From: the human T2T-CHM13v2.0 reference genome, Homo sapiens
Direction: 5' to 3' (one strand)
Length of the DNA: 64,000 nucleotides
NCBI RefSeq assembly: GCF_009914755.1
Contig: NC_060925.1
In this document: piece by piece, positions 1 to 11,344 of the stretch
Position numbering within the stretch: the stretch's first letter is position 1
Layout: every line of letters starts with the position of its first letter
Translations under genes and position numbers: made by a program
The notes under the pieces: model-generated
The model's database searches: none
What the model saw: only the letters and a program-made list of their open reading frames with translations
What the model was told of the DNA's origin: nothing

Positions 1-80
1 TGGAAATAGTTGCCATGTGGGAGAAACATTAGGGCAAAGAGTGGTTTTGGAGTGGGGAAAGCAGTGAAAAAGGGATATCA

Positions 81-642
81 GGCTGGGAGCAGTGGCACAC
101 ACCTGTAATCCCAGCACTTTCAGAGGCCGAGGCGGGCAGATCACAAGGTCAGGGGTTCAAGACCAGCCTGGCCAACATGGTGAAACCCCATCTCTACTAA
201 AAAAATACAAAAATTATTAGCCAGGCGTGGTGGCACATGCCTGTAATTCCAGCTACCTGGGAGGCTGAGGCAGGAGAATAAGCGAATCCATTGGCATTTT
301 TTTCCTGGCTAGAATTCATTCCCCCTTTTCATGTTACAACACCCCACTTTTCTACTAGAGAACCATACCTTCCCCGCTCTCATTCCATATGGTAAGAATG
401 GGGCTGATCTCATCTTGGGCAAGGGGCTGAAGCCCCAGGTCTGGCCAATCAGAGATGTGCACATCAAGGAACCTGGCCTAGGAGGCAGTGGCTGGGGTTC
501 AGGGTAGATTGGAGGATAAGGGTGTGTGTGGGGGGTTGCTGAGAGCCACTTGAACCCAGGAGGTGGAGGTTTAGGTGAGCCAAGATTGCACCATTGCACT
601 CCAGCCTGGGCAACAAGAGTGAAACTCCGTCTCAAAAAAAAA
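81..642 (+). mobile_element. Alu (S-like), split at about 280-546 by a non-Alu insertion
   Basis: GGCTGGGAGCAGTGGC start, central TACTAAAAAAATACAAAA linker, ...CAGGAGAAT | insertion | CACTTGAACCCAGG..., A tail at about 634-642. Confidence 0.9.
275..547 (+). repeat. Local duplication copy of 7622-7898
   Basis: Direct alignment by eye: AGAATAAGCGAATCCATTGGC...GGGTTGCTGAGAGCC vs AGAATAAGAGAATCCATCGGC...GGGTTGCTGAGAGCC; the ORF track shows near-identical peptides at 309..656 and 7656..8000. Confidence 0.93.
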
Positions 643-652
643 CACCCAAAAA

Positions 653-823
653 GCAAAAATTAGCTGGGAATGGTGGCATGTGCCTGTAACCCCAGCTACT
701 CAGGAGGCTGCGGAAGAAAAATTGCTTGAACCCAGGAGGTGGACGTTGCAGTGAGCCAAGATTGCACCATTGCACTCCAGCCTGGGCAACAGAGGGAGAT
801 TCTGTCTCAAAAAGAAAAAAGAA
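653..823 (+). mobile_element. Alu right monomer
   Basis: AAAAATTAGCTGGG...GCACTCCAGCCTGGGCAACAGAG...A tail. Confidence 0.85.
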
Positions 824-1044
824 ACATCAGAGGTAACAATGGCAAAATTGAGAGCTCATAATTTTGTTTTGGGTCAACCCCACAATGGCTAGAGGCTACA
901 TAAAGCAGTGTCATAGATGGGCCCATTGAGAACCTAGGCAGCCCGAGAGGATGTCACAGAAGAGCTCTGAGAGCAGTAGCTGACCCATGATAGGGTCTGA
1001 TGAAAGCACCATGCCACTTACTCGCTATGACCCTGGGTTACCCC

Positions 1045-1408
1045 ATTTATTTATTCATTCAATAGGTATTTATGGACCATCTGCTGTGTGCCAAGCACTG
1101 CTTTAAGGGCTTGGGATATATCAGTAAACAAAAAGTTCAAAGATTCCTGTCCTTAGGGAGCTTAAATTACAAACAGATTTAACCTATAAATTTTAAAGTA
1201 TCCTAGAAAGTGAAAGGTGTTGTCGAAGAAGAAAAAGTAGAGAGTGGTAAGAGGATTAAGAGTGACAGCAGTGCACAGAAAGGCAGGTTGAAATTTTAAA
1301 GGGGTGATTGGGTAGGCCTCCTTGAGAAGGTGACATTTGAACAAAGACTTGCAGGAAGTGAGGGTGTGCTTTGTGCAGAGTGAGCCATGGGAATATCTGG
1401 AGGAAACA
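1045..1408 (+). mobile_element. Old L2-like fragment (target of the provirus insertion)
   Basis: ATTCATTCAATAGGTATTTAT...TGTGCCAAGCACTG...GAGAAGGTGACATTTGAACAAAGAC, typical L2 3' motifs; strand not verified. Confidence 0.6.
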
Positions 1409-2377
1409 TGTGAGGAAAAGAAAGAGAGATCAGACTGTTACTGTGTCTATGTAGAAAGAAGTAGACATAAGAGACTCCATTTTGTTCTGTACTAAGAAAA
1501 ATTCTTCTGCCTTGAGATGCTGTTAATCTGTAACCCTACCCCCAACCCTGTGCTCGCAGAGACATGTGCTGTGTTGACTCAAGGTTTAATGGATTTAGGG
1601 CTATGCAGGATGTGCTTTGTTAAACAAGTGCTTGAAGGCAGTATGCTTGTTAAAAGTCATCACCACTCTCTAATCTCAAGTACCCAAGGACACAATACAC
1701 TGCAGAAGGCTGCAAGGACCTCTGCCTAGGAAAGCCAGGTATTGTCCAAGGTTTCTCCCCATGTGATAGTCTGAGAGATGGCCTCGTAAGAAGGGAAAGA
1801 CCTGACTGTCCCCCAGCCCAACACCCATAAAAGGTCTGTGCTGAGGAGGATTAGTAAACGAGGAAGGCCTCTTTGCAGTTGAGATAAGAGGAAGGCATCT
1901 GTCTCCTGCTCATCCCTGGGTAATGGAATGTCTCGGTGTAAAACCCGATTGTATGTTTCATCTACTGAGATAACAGAAAAACCTCCTTAAGGCTGGAGGT
2001 GAGACATGCTGGTGGCAATACTGCTCTTTAATGCACCAGATATGTTTATGTATGTGCACATCAAAGCACAGCACCTTTTCTAACCTTGTTTATGACACAG
2101 AGACATTTGTTCACATGTTTTCCTGCTGACCCTCTCCCCACTATTACCCTATTGTCCTGCCACATCCCCCTCTCTGAGATGGTAGAGATAATGATCAGTA
2201 AATACTGAGGGAACTCAGAGACCAGTGCCGGAGCAGGTCCTCCGTATGCTGAGTGCTGGTCCCCTAGGCCCACTTTTCTTTCTCTATACTTTGTCTCTGT
2301 GTCTCTTTCTTTTCTCAGTCTCTTGTCCCACCTGACAAGAAACACCCACAGGTGTGGAGGGGCAGGCCACCCCTTCA
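1409..2377 (+). mobile_element. 5' LTR, HERV-K(HML-2) LTR5A/B-like, 969 bp
   Basis: Starts TGTGAGGAAAAGAAAGAGAGATCAGACTGTTACTGTG, ends GGGGCAGGCCACCCCTTCA (older LTR5A/B-type end rather than LTR5_Hs CAACCCACCCCTACA). Confidence 0.92.
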
Positions 2378-2379
2378 TC

Positions 2380-2397
2380 TGGCGCCCAACGTGGGGC
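2380..2397 (+). promoter_or_regulatory. Retroviral primer binding site, tRNA-Lys
   Basis: TGGCGCCCAACGTGGGGC immediately after the 5' LTR. Confidence 0.93.
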
Positions 2398-2520
2398 TTT
2401 TCTCTAGGGTGAAGGTACGCTCGAGCGTGGTCATTGAGGACAAGTCAATGAGAGATTCCCGAGTAAGTCTACAGTCAGCCTTGTGGTAAGCTTGTGTGCT
2501 CGGAAGAACCTAGGGTAACA

Positions 2521-2995
2521 ATGGGGCAAACTAAAAGTAAATATGCCTTTTAGCTCTATTAAAATTATTTCAAAAACAGGGGGAGTTAGAGTCTCTACAA
2601 AAACTCTAATCATGCTATTTCAAACAATAGAACAATTCTGTCCATGGTTTCTAGAACAAGGAACTTTAGATCTAAAAGATTGGGAAAAAATTGGCAAAGA
2701 ATTAAAACAAGCAAGTAGGGAGGGTAAAATCATCCCACTTACAATATGGAATGATTGGGTCATTATTAAAGTAGCTTTAGAACTGTTTCAAACAGAAGAA
2801 GATAGCATTTCAGTTTCTGATGCCCCTGAAAGCTGTGTAATAGATTGTGAAGAAGAGGCAGGGATAGAATCCCGAAAAGGAATGGAAAGTTCACATTGTA
2901 AATATGTAGCAGAGCCGGTAATGGCTCGGTCAACACAAAATGTTGACTATAATCAATTACAGGAGGTGATATATACTGAAACGTTAAAATTAGAA
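2521..2995 (+). pseudogene. gag: HML-2 gag matrix/p15 region (frameshifted)
   Basis: ATGGGGCAAACTAAAAGTAAA = MGQTKSK; FQTIEQFCPWF.EQGTLDLKDW; STQNVDYNQLQEVIY, all HML-2 Gag motifs. Confidence 0.9.
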
Positions 2996-3970
2996 GAAAA
3001 AGGAACCTTAGATGTAGACCTGTTAAAACAGGGAAGGGTCTGAGTAACCATGGAAAATATGGTCACTCTATTCAGGGTGTTGGAAAAATACTGTCCTTGG
3101 TTTCCTGAAAAAGGAACCGTATATGTAAAAGTATGGGATCGTGTTGGTTCAACATTCTGGGAGCTGGTCCCAGCAGGGAATTATGTTCCCGTCACTGTTT
3201 GGGGTGATTAGGCCTTGGAACGTGCCATCCTAATACCTCCTCAACTTTCCTCTCCCACACGGCCTTCATTATCTGATCAGCCTCTTCCTTCGGCTACTCC
3301 TCCCCCACCTAACGATGCTGAAAATTCAATGTCTAACTCTGGTGACTTTGGCTTAAAGTTACCCCCTACTTATCTTCTTTTCATGAAGAACTGGTACTTG
3401 AAGCTCCCGCGGCCATGACTCACACAGCCCAGGACCATAGATATGCTAATTCTTGTCTCTTCAAATGGCTCCAGGACCAAACTACAATTTACCTATAATT
3501 CTCCAGGCCCTCCCCCATCCACTACAGCCCCTCACCCTCCTGTCGTTTCGGTTCCTCAACCGGTCTGTGTCGATATGCACTGCTCAATCTTACTTTTTTT
3601 AAAAGAATTTAAGGATGCTTGTACTCAGTCAGTATGGTCCTACTTCTCCTTATGTTAAAATGGTATTACAAACTTTTTGTATGGAGGTCACTTTACTTCC
3701 TTTAGACTTGGACCTTTTGGCAAAAAGCTGTTCTAACCCCATCTCAGCCTGGTGGGCAGAGGAGGCCCATGTTCAGGCTCAGCTAAATCAGACTAATGGC
3801 ATTCTAACTACTCAGGCTCAGCTCACAGGCTCCAATAGTTTCTCTGATACTTAAGCCCAAGTAGGCTTTGATGCTCCTACCACAAAACAAGTAACAAAGG
3901 TGTGTATGAGAGCTTGGGATAAATTACGTGCCCCAGGCCAAGCTCCTGTTTCTTTTACTACTGTTAAACA
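2996..3970 (+). pseudogene. gag: Second, divergent HERV-K gag remnant (matrix + capsid fragments)
   Basis: LLKQGRV*VTMENMVTLFRVLEKYCPWFPEKGTVYVKVWDRVG (matrix); LKEFKDACTQ, YGPTSPYVK, AWWAEEA, RAWDKL, SFTTVKQ (capsid); stops and frameshifts. Confidence 0.8.
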
Positions 3971-4315
3971 GGCTCAATTGCTTTTACTACCTAATATCGT
4001 TTTAAACAAAGGAGATAAGACACGTGGCTCTGGGATAGACTCTGGTGGTAAAAAGGCTGCTTATTGGATTAATACAATTTCTAAACAACGGCCCACCTTC
4101 ACCATACACATTCAAGGAAAAAAGTTTTGAGGGCCTAGTAGATACTGAGGCTAAAATTAATATTCCATATAACTCTTATAGTGTTCCCGGTCGGCATATG
4201 ATGAAAAACATGGGTTTGTTCCTGGGCTAGGTCTCGGTCCGAAGCATGAAGGGATTATTAAACCCCTCCCAATTACTATAAAATAAGACAGTAATGGTTT
4301 AGATTATCCTTTTTA
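3971..4315 (+). pseudogene. pro: HERV-K dUTPase C-terminus/protease/G-patch remnant
   Basis: AQLLLLP...KAAYWIN.IS.QRP..TI.IQGKKF, FEGLVDT (protease D-T-G motif degraded), MMKNMG. Confidence 0.75.
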
Positions 4316-5275
4316 GTGGTGGCCACTGCCATGCCTCCTGATCCTATCCCTTTACAATGGAAATCTGACACACCTGTTTGGATTCAGCAGTGGCTGCTTT
4401 CTAAAGAAAATCTGGAGGCTTTAATTCAATTGGTTTCTGAACAGTTACAACTTGGAAATGTGGAACCTTCTCTTTCCCCCTGGAATTCTCCTATGTTTCT
4501 AGTAAAAAAGAAATCAGGCAAGTGGCGTATGGTAACCAATTTATGGGCCATTGACGCTGTAATTAAACCTATGGGAGCTGTCCAACCCAGCATGCCTGCC
4601 CCTGCTTTAATACCTAAAAATTGGTCTCTCATAGTTATTGGTCTTAAAGATTGTTTTTTCATATTGCTTTACATAAATCGGATTGTAAAAAATTTGCTTT
4701 TACTGTACCATCTATCAATAATCAGGAGCCTGCAGCTCATTATCAATGGAAAGTACTTCCTCAGGGAATGCTGAATAGCCCTACAATCTGCCAGCTTTAT
4801 GTCGGACAAGTGCTTTCACTAGTTCGAGCCCAATTTCCCCAGGCCTATATTCTTCATTATATTGATGATATTTTAATTGCTACCCCAACTAATAAAGAAT
4901 TAATTGACTGTTATCAAATTTTAAGCCGCTGTGTTACAGAGGCTGGATTACACATCACTCAGGATAAAATTCAACAGACCACTCCTGTTCAATATTTAGG
5001 AATGGTGGTCGATAAACAACGTATTCAACCTCAAAAAGTTCAAATTAAGAGAGTTTCTTTGAAAACTTTAAATGACTTCCAAAAACTTTTAGGTAACATT
5101 AATTATTTAAGACCTACAGACAGCTTATTTCTACCCCTTATGCCTCTGCTCAAAAGGCAGAGTTAATTGCTGTAATTACTGCCTTACAGGATTTCCCCAA
5201 ACCTTTAAATATTGTCTCTTATTCTCCTTAACGTAGGAAAGAGAATATGCTTGTGTTTCACCAGGAGATCATCAA
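4316..5275 (+). pseudogene. pol: HERV-K pol remnant (RT, short RNase H and integrase fragments)
   Basis: [53 protein letters not shown] at 4858-4869, [17 protein letters not shown]; then [10 protein letters not shown] (RNase H) and ACVSPG (integrase C-terminus) after deletions. Confidence 0.92.
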
Positions 5276-5279
5276 ACAA

Positions 5280-6263
5280 AAACCACAAAGAAAAGACGTC
5301 TGTGTCACAGACTGCCCTCAGACGTAGTGAGATCTGTGCCGACTCCTCAGAAGCAGGCACACCAAATCACAATGGGTCTGATTCAATCCTCCCTGATGGC
5401 AATGGAGACCCATCTAACTAATCCCACTTCTAATTACCTCTCTTTTTCTCCTTACAAACCTAAAAATCTCACCATTTCTATTAGCCTGAAAATAACATCC
5501 CTCTGTTCTCTTCCTCCTTCAGCACTCAATCTCATTTACAATAGGTTTTATTTAATGATTCTCCTCCTTATACTTTCTGTCTCACCAGTTTCCTCTCACA
5601 CTAATTTACCTTCTACACAAAATTATTCTTATTGGGCTTATGTGCCTTTTCCTCCACTTATTTGACCTCTCACCTAGATTGATGCTCCTACAAAAATCTA
5701 CACTAACAATAGTGTGTAGATGCCTAGAGCTACAGATGACCATTGCCTTGCTCAACCAGGAGAAGAAGGCACTGCATTTAATGTTACCATAGGTTATAAA
5801 TACCCACCTCTGTGCCTCAGACATGCACCTGGTTGTATCCATCTAAAAACTCAAGTCTAGGCTGCTTATCTTCCGGAGAGATCAGCTACAGAAGAACCAG
5901 GACATTTAGTCTCTGGCCACTCACTTTCTCCTTTAAAACAAATGAAAGGGGGAATAATGGGAGGTACCCCATACTTTCAATATAAACCTGCAGGAAAACC
6001 ATGCCCTAAAAATTTTGAGGGCCCATCTAAAACTTTAATTTGGGAAGATTGTGTTAACTCACATGCAGTAATATTAAAAAATGACTCATACGGTTTAGTA
6101 ATAGACTGGGCACCAAAGGGCTATTTAAAAAACAATTGCTCCTCTGGTGGAAAGGAATGCCTGGAGGCTACTTATTTTATTTCTTGTCAGGAGAATGAGA
6201 ATCATCATTCCACTTTGCATAGGAGGTTCAGCTCATTCTTTCCCCTAAAATGGGAAGATAAAG
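5280..6263 (+). pseudogene. env: HERV-K env leader and SU remnant (TM deleted)
   Basis: NYSYWAYVPFPPLI, GYKYPPLCL, YKPAGKPCPK, WEDCV, SYGLVIDWAPKG, PLKWEDKG: betaretroviral HML SU motifs with stops. Confidence 0.88.
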
Positions 6264-6585
6264 GCACCTTTTCTAACCTTGTTTATGACACAGAGACATT
6301 TGTTCACATGTTTTCCTGCTGACCCTCTCCCCACTATTACCCTATTGTCCTGCCACATCCCCCTCTCCGAGATGTCAGAGATAATGATCAATAAATACTA
6401 AGGGAACTCAGAGACCGGTGCTGGTGCAGGTCCTCCTGGTGCAGGTCCTCCATATGCTGAGCGCCAGTCCCCTAGGCCCACTTTTCTTTCTCTATACTTT
6501 GTCTCTGTGTCTCTTTCTTTTCTCAGTCTCTCGTCCCACCTGACGAGAAACACCTACAGGTGTGGAAGGGCAGGCCACTCCTTCA
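6264..6585 (+). mobile_element. 3' LTR, 5'-truncated (matches 5' LTR 2071-2377) with a 15-bp tandem duplication
   Basis: GCACCTTTTCTAACCTTG...CCACTCCTTCA; CTGGTGCAGGTCCTC x2 at 6421-6450. Confidence 0.93.
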
Positions 6586-6870
6586 GAAACACATTCTAGA
6601 CAAAATACACATGGACATATTTAGGTGTAAAGTGGCTTTATGTCTGCAACTTACTCTCCAACAGTTTAGAAAAAATAAATAATTTATCCCTCTGTCTATC
6701 CATATCTATCCATCCATGTATTCACAAACACACAAATATATATATTTGAATGGAAAGCAAAATTGTCAACATGTTAACATTTGGGGAATCTGGGTGAAAG
6801 ATATATACTATTTTTGGAAAGTTTCTGTATGAATTTCAAGATAAAACTTTTTTTAAAAAAAGGATTTATA

Positions 6871-7160
6871 GGTCGGGTGCAGTGGCTCATGCCTGTAATC
6901 CCAGCAGTTTGAGAGACTGAGGCAGGCAGATCACTTGAGGTCAGGAGTTCAAGACCAGCCTGGACAACATGGTGAAACCTCATCTTTACTAAAAATACAA
7001 AAAACTAGCTGGGCATGGTGATATGAACCTATAATCCTAACTACTCAGGAGGCTGAGGCATGAGAATCGCTTGAAACCGAGAGACAGTGAGGCGAGATTG
7101 TGCCACTGTATTCCAGCCTGGGCGACAGAGCAAGACTCCGTCTCAACAACAACAAAAAAA
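6871..7160 (+). mobile_element. Alu
   Basis: Dimeric Alu with A-rich tail. Confidence 0.9.
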
Positions 7161-7254
7161 AGCAAAAAGGATTTATATTATTATATTTTTAAAAAAGCAT
7201 TTCAGGCAGAAGGGGTAGCCTGTGCAAAGATCCTAAGGCAAAAGAGTGCCCTGG

Positions 7255-7570
7255 GGCTGGGTGCAGTGGTGGGGGGATTACTTAAGCCCGGGAGTCCAAG
7301 ACTAGCCTGGGTAACATAGGGAGACCCTCTTCTCTACAAAAAAATTTGAAAACTAGCTAGGCATGGTGGTGCATGCCTGTAGTCCCAGCTACTCAGGAGG
7401 CTAAGGTGGGAGGATCATTAGAGCCTGGGAGATAGAGGGTGCAGTGAGCCGTGATTGTGTCACTGCACTTCGGCCTGGGGGACAGAGCAAGACCCTGTCT
7501 CAAACAAAAACAAAAAGAAAAAACAACCCCCAAACAACAACAGCAACAAAATAAACAAACAATAATAAAA
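7255..7570 (+). mobile_element. AluJ-like with internal deletion and degenerate CAA tail
   Basis: GGCTGGGTGCAGTGG...GAGCAAGACCCTGTCTCAAACAAAAAC. Confidence 0.8.
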
Positions 7571-7621
7571 GACAAAAAGAGTGCCCCAGTACGTAGGGCA
7601 ACACTCAGGGTGCTGATAAAC

Positions 7622-7898
7622 AGAATAAGAGAATCCATCGGCATTTTTTTCCTGGCTAGAATTCATCCCCCCTTTTCACGTTACAACACCCCATTTTTCT
7701 ACTGGAGAACCATACCTTCCCCACTCTCATTCTATATTGTAAGAATGGGGCTGATCTCATCTTGGGCAAGGGGCTCAAGCCCCAGGTCTGGCCAATCAGA
7801 GATGTGCACATCAAGGAACCTGGCCTAGGAGGCAGTGGCTGGGGTCCAGGGTGGATTGGAGGATAAGCGTGTGTGGTGGGGGGGGGTTGCTGAGAGCC
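7622..7898 (+). repeat. Donor copy of the segment duplicated at 275-547 (possibly part of an old MLT LTR)
   Basis: Direct repeat with 275-547. Confidence 0.9.
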
Positions 7899-8275
7899 TG
7901 CCTGAGGTAGAAGCCCACTCCAAGGAAGGCAGCACTGAGACTCGAAGCAGAACAGATCCCAGTGACATTTTTGAGCTCTTGGATTTAGTCTTTGTGTCAA
8001 CTTTTATCCCTCAGTGACTTTGTCACATAAGGCAATGAATGCCCTTTTTGCTTGAGACAGTTTGAGTTGGGTTTTCCCCTACTCAAAATGAAGAAATGCG
8101 TTTAGTGATCCAAAGCGTCAGGGACAGCCTCTCTGAGGAAAGGACATTTCAGCCAAGACCTAAAGGATGAGCAGCAGTTGGTCAGGTGAAGAGGTGGAAA
8201 AAATGTCCCAGAGGAACAGCAAGTGCAGAGGTCCCAAGAAAGGAAGAAACATGGCAGGTTCAATAAATTGGAAAT

Positions 8276-8553
8276 GCTGGGTGTGGTGGCTCATACCTGT
8301 AGTCCCAGCTACTTGGGAGGCTGAGAGGGGAGGATCACTGGAGCCCAGGAGTTCGAGACCATCCTGGGCAACATAGTTAGACCCTCATCACTAAAAAAAA
8401 ATTAGCCAGGCATGGTGGCACATGCCTGTAGTCCCAGCTACTTGGAGGCTGAGGTGGAAGGACCCTTGAGCCCAGGAGTCTGAGGCTGCAATGAGTTGTG
8501 ATTGTGCCACTGCCCTCCAGCTTACATGTAGGTGTGAGAGAGAGGCCTATCTC
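8276..8553 (+). mobile_element. AluJ-like
   Basis: Alu dimer whose tail became a GAA/GGA array. Confidence 0.85.
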
Positions 8554-8624
8554 AAAGAAGAAGAAGGAGAAAGAAGAAGAAGAGAGGTAGCAGCAGCAAG
8601 AAGAAGAAGAGGAGGAAGAAGAGA

Positions 8625-8658
<34 letters not shown>

Positions 8659-8865
8659 AGAATAGGAAGAAGAAGAAGAAGAGGAAGAACAAGAGGAAGA
8701 AGAAGAGGAAGAAGGAAGAAAAGAAAGAAGAGGAAGAAGAAAGAAGAAAGAAGGAGGAGGAAGATGAAGAAGGAAGAGGAAGAGGAAGAAGGAAGAGGAA
8801 GAGGAAGAAGAGGAAGAAAAGAAGAAGCAGAAAGAAGAAAGAAACAGCAGCAGCAGCAGCAGCTG
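8554..8865 (+). repeat. Polypurine (GAA/GGA)n microsatellite ending in a short CAG run
   Basis: About 290 nt of almost pure A/G, then CAGCAGCAGCAGCAGCAG. Confidence 0.95.
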
Positions 8866-9575
8866 GAGAAAGGCTGGGAAAATGGTGGCCAGGAGAGTGT
8901 CCGGTAGAGGTGAGGCTGGGGCAGGGTCCCAGATGAAGGGCCTCGTAGGCTTTGTTAAAGATCTGAGACTTTGCCCCAAGAGCAAAGGGAGGTCATTGCA
9001 GGGTTTTTAATAGGCAAAATCTTTACTTAATTTGCATTTTGATATCACCTTCATAAGAACACCCTGGCTGCAGTGTTTGGGCTAGATTGGTGGAAGGTTA
9101 AGAGCAGTACAGGGAGATTATTTAGAAAATTATTGCAGACATCCAGGCTAGGGATGATGACTTTGACAGGGTAGGGACAGTGGACACATAGATTTTGGAT
9201 GGATTTTATGGCAGCTAGTCTCCAAAAATGAACCACGCCTCCCAATATATGTGCCTTGTGTAGTCCCATCTCACATTGAATCTGGGACAACTCTCTGACC
9301 CACTTTAACCAGTAGAATGCAGGGAAAGTGATGCTGTGCCAGTTCTGAACCTGAGATTTTCAGGAGACCCGGCAAGCTCTGCCTTTGAGCTCTTAGGAGT
9401 CCTGTTCCACCAGGTAAGAGGTCCAGCTCCCCTGCTGTGAGACCAAGTGAAAACCCCATAGTGGGGCCCTGACATACACAAAGAGGGAGAAAGGCCCAGC
9501 TATCCCAGTGTCCTAGTTGAGCCTCTGGGTGACTCTAGTTCAGGCTGCCATCTGATTACAACCACATAAGAGTCC

Positions 9576-10210
9576 TGTCTTAGTCCATTTGTGCTGCTAT
9601 AACAAAGTGCCTGAGGCTGGGTCATTTATAAACAACAGAAATGTATTGCCCACAGCTCTGGAGGATAGGAAGTCCAAGATCAACATGCCAGCAGATTTTT
9701 TTTTTTGAGGCAGGGTCTTGCTCAGTTGCCCAGGCAGGAGTGCAGTGGCACAATCATGGCTCACTGCAGCCTTGACTTCTGGGCTCAGATGATCCTCCCA
9801 CCTCAGCCTCCCAAGTACCTGGGACTACAGGCATATGCGACCACCACCAGCTTATTATTATTATTATTATTATTTGTATTTTTTGTAGAGACAGGGCTTT
9901 GCCATGTTGCCCAGGATGGTCTTGAACTCCTGGGCTCAAGTGATCCACCAGCCTCTGCCTCCCAAAGTGCTGGGATTACAGGCGTGAGCCTCCGTGCCCA
10001 GCCCGTGCCAGCAGATTTGATGTCTGGTGAGAACTTGCTCTCTACTTCAAAGATGACACTTTCTGCTGTATCCTCACATGGTGAAAGACTCAAGGGCCTC
10101 TCTTAATGATTTAGTCACCTCTCAATGGCTCCACCTCTTAATACTATCAAATTGGGTATTAGATTCCAACATATGAATTTTGGGAGGACACCAACATTCA
10201 GACTAGAGCA
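9576..10210. mobile_element. MaLR LTR (MLT1A/MST-like) interrupted by an antisense Alu (about 9696-10005)
   Basis: TGTCTTAGTCCATTTGTGCTGCTATAACAAA...ACATTCAGACTAGAGCA; Alu flanked by the repeat TGCCAGCAGATTT. Confidence 0.8.
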
Positions 10211-11005
10211 CATGGTTACCTCTTTGCTTACCATATCAACCCCATGAGGTAGGCAGTTTTATGATCTCCATCCTACAGATGAGGACAATGAGGTGCAGAG
10301 AGGTTAGGTAACTTCCCCATGGTCACACTATTGGATAAATGGTGGAGCCTGGGTTGAAGAGTAGGAAGCGTGACTCCTTGTGTCCTTGTGGTTGAGGACT
10401 CTGCTGTGCTGCCTCTGTGAAGGAGGCTTGCTGAAAGGACTCAGAATCTCTCAGGGACACCAGGCATGGTTGGAAGCCTCAGAGACAGAGGCAAACTCTG
10501 GCTCTCTCTCAGGTGGACTCCACTGACCCCAGATCTCACTCTTTCACCCAGCTCCAGTCGCTGTGTCTCTGATTGGTCAGCTAACTGGAGGCATAGGGAT
10601 GTGGTGCCCAATTATGAGTCCCTCAGCAGTGGGGGAGGGGAGCAGAGCATCCTGAGGTGTAGACATGGCTGCCTGGGTCTGCTCTTTCTTGGCGTGAGTG
10701 AACAGCTTTCCGAGAGAACATGACTACTATAGCAATTTAGAAAGAGGTCCAGCTTGGGTGGGGCTTGCATGACTCAATGCTCTGCACATCAACCTCTGCC
10801 CCTGTGAAAACCCAAGGGGAAATGGAATTCTACCCTACCCCATACTGTGCTGCCCCACTTCCTGAGCATCTGGGCCCTGTTGGGTGTTTCTCAGCTCACC
10901 TCCTAAACCTCCCTGTGGGGCTGCTTCTCTCATCCTGCCCCAGCTGTATCCTCTGAAACCATTCTGAATTTTCTTCTCTGGCCCCATGCACTCTGGCTCA
11001 GGCTA

Positions 11006-11344
<339 letters not shown>

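Larger units (their letters stand above)
1409..6585 (+). mobile_element. Defective HERV-K provirus (LTR5/HML-2 LTRs, recombinant deleted interior)
   Basis: TG...CA termini, 6-bp TSD GAAACA at 1403-1408 and 6586-6591, tRNA-Lys PBS, gag/pro/pol/env remnants. Confidence 0.95.

Noticed and set aside
8377-8985. Long Ser/Phe-rich and Arg/Glu-rich ORFs on both strands
   Set aside because: Artefacts of the GAA/GGA microsatellite and adjacent Alu
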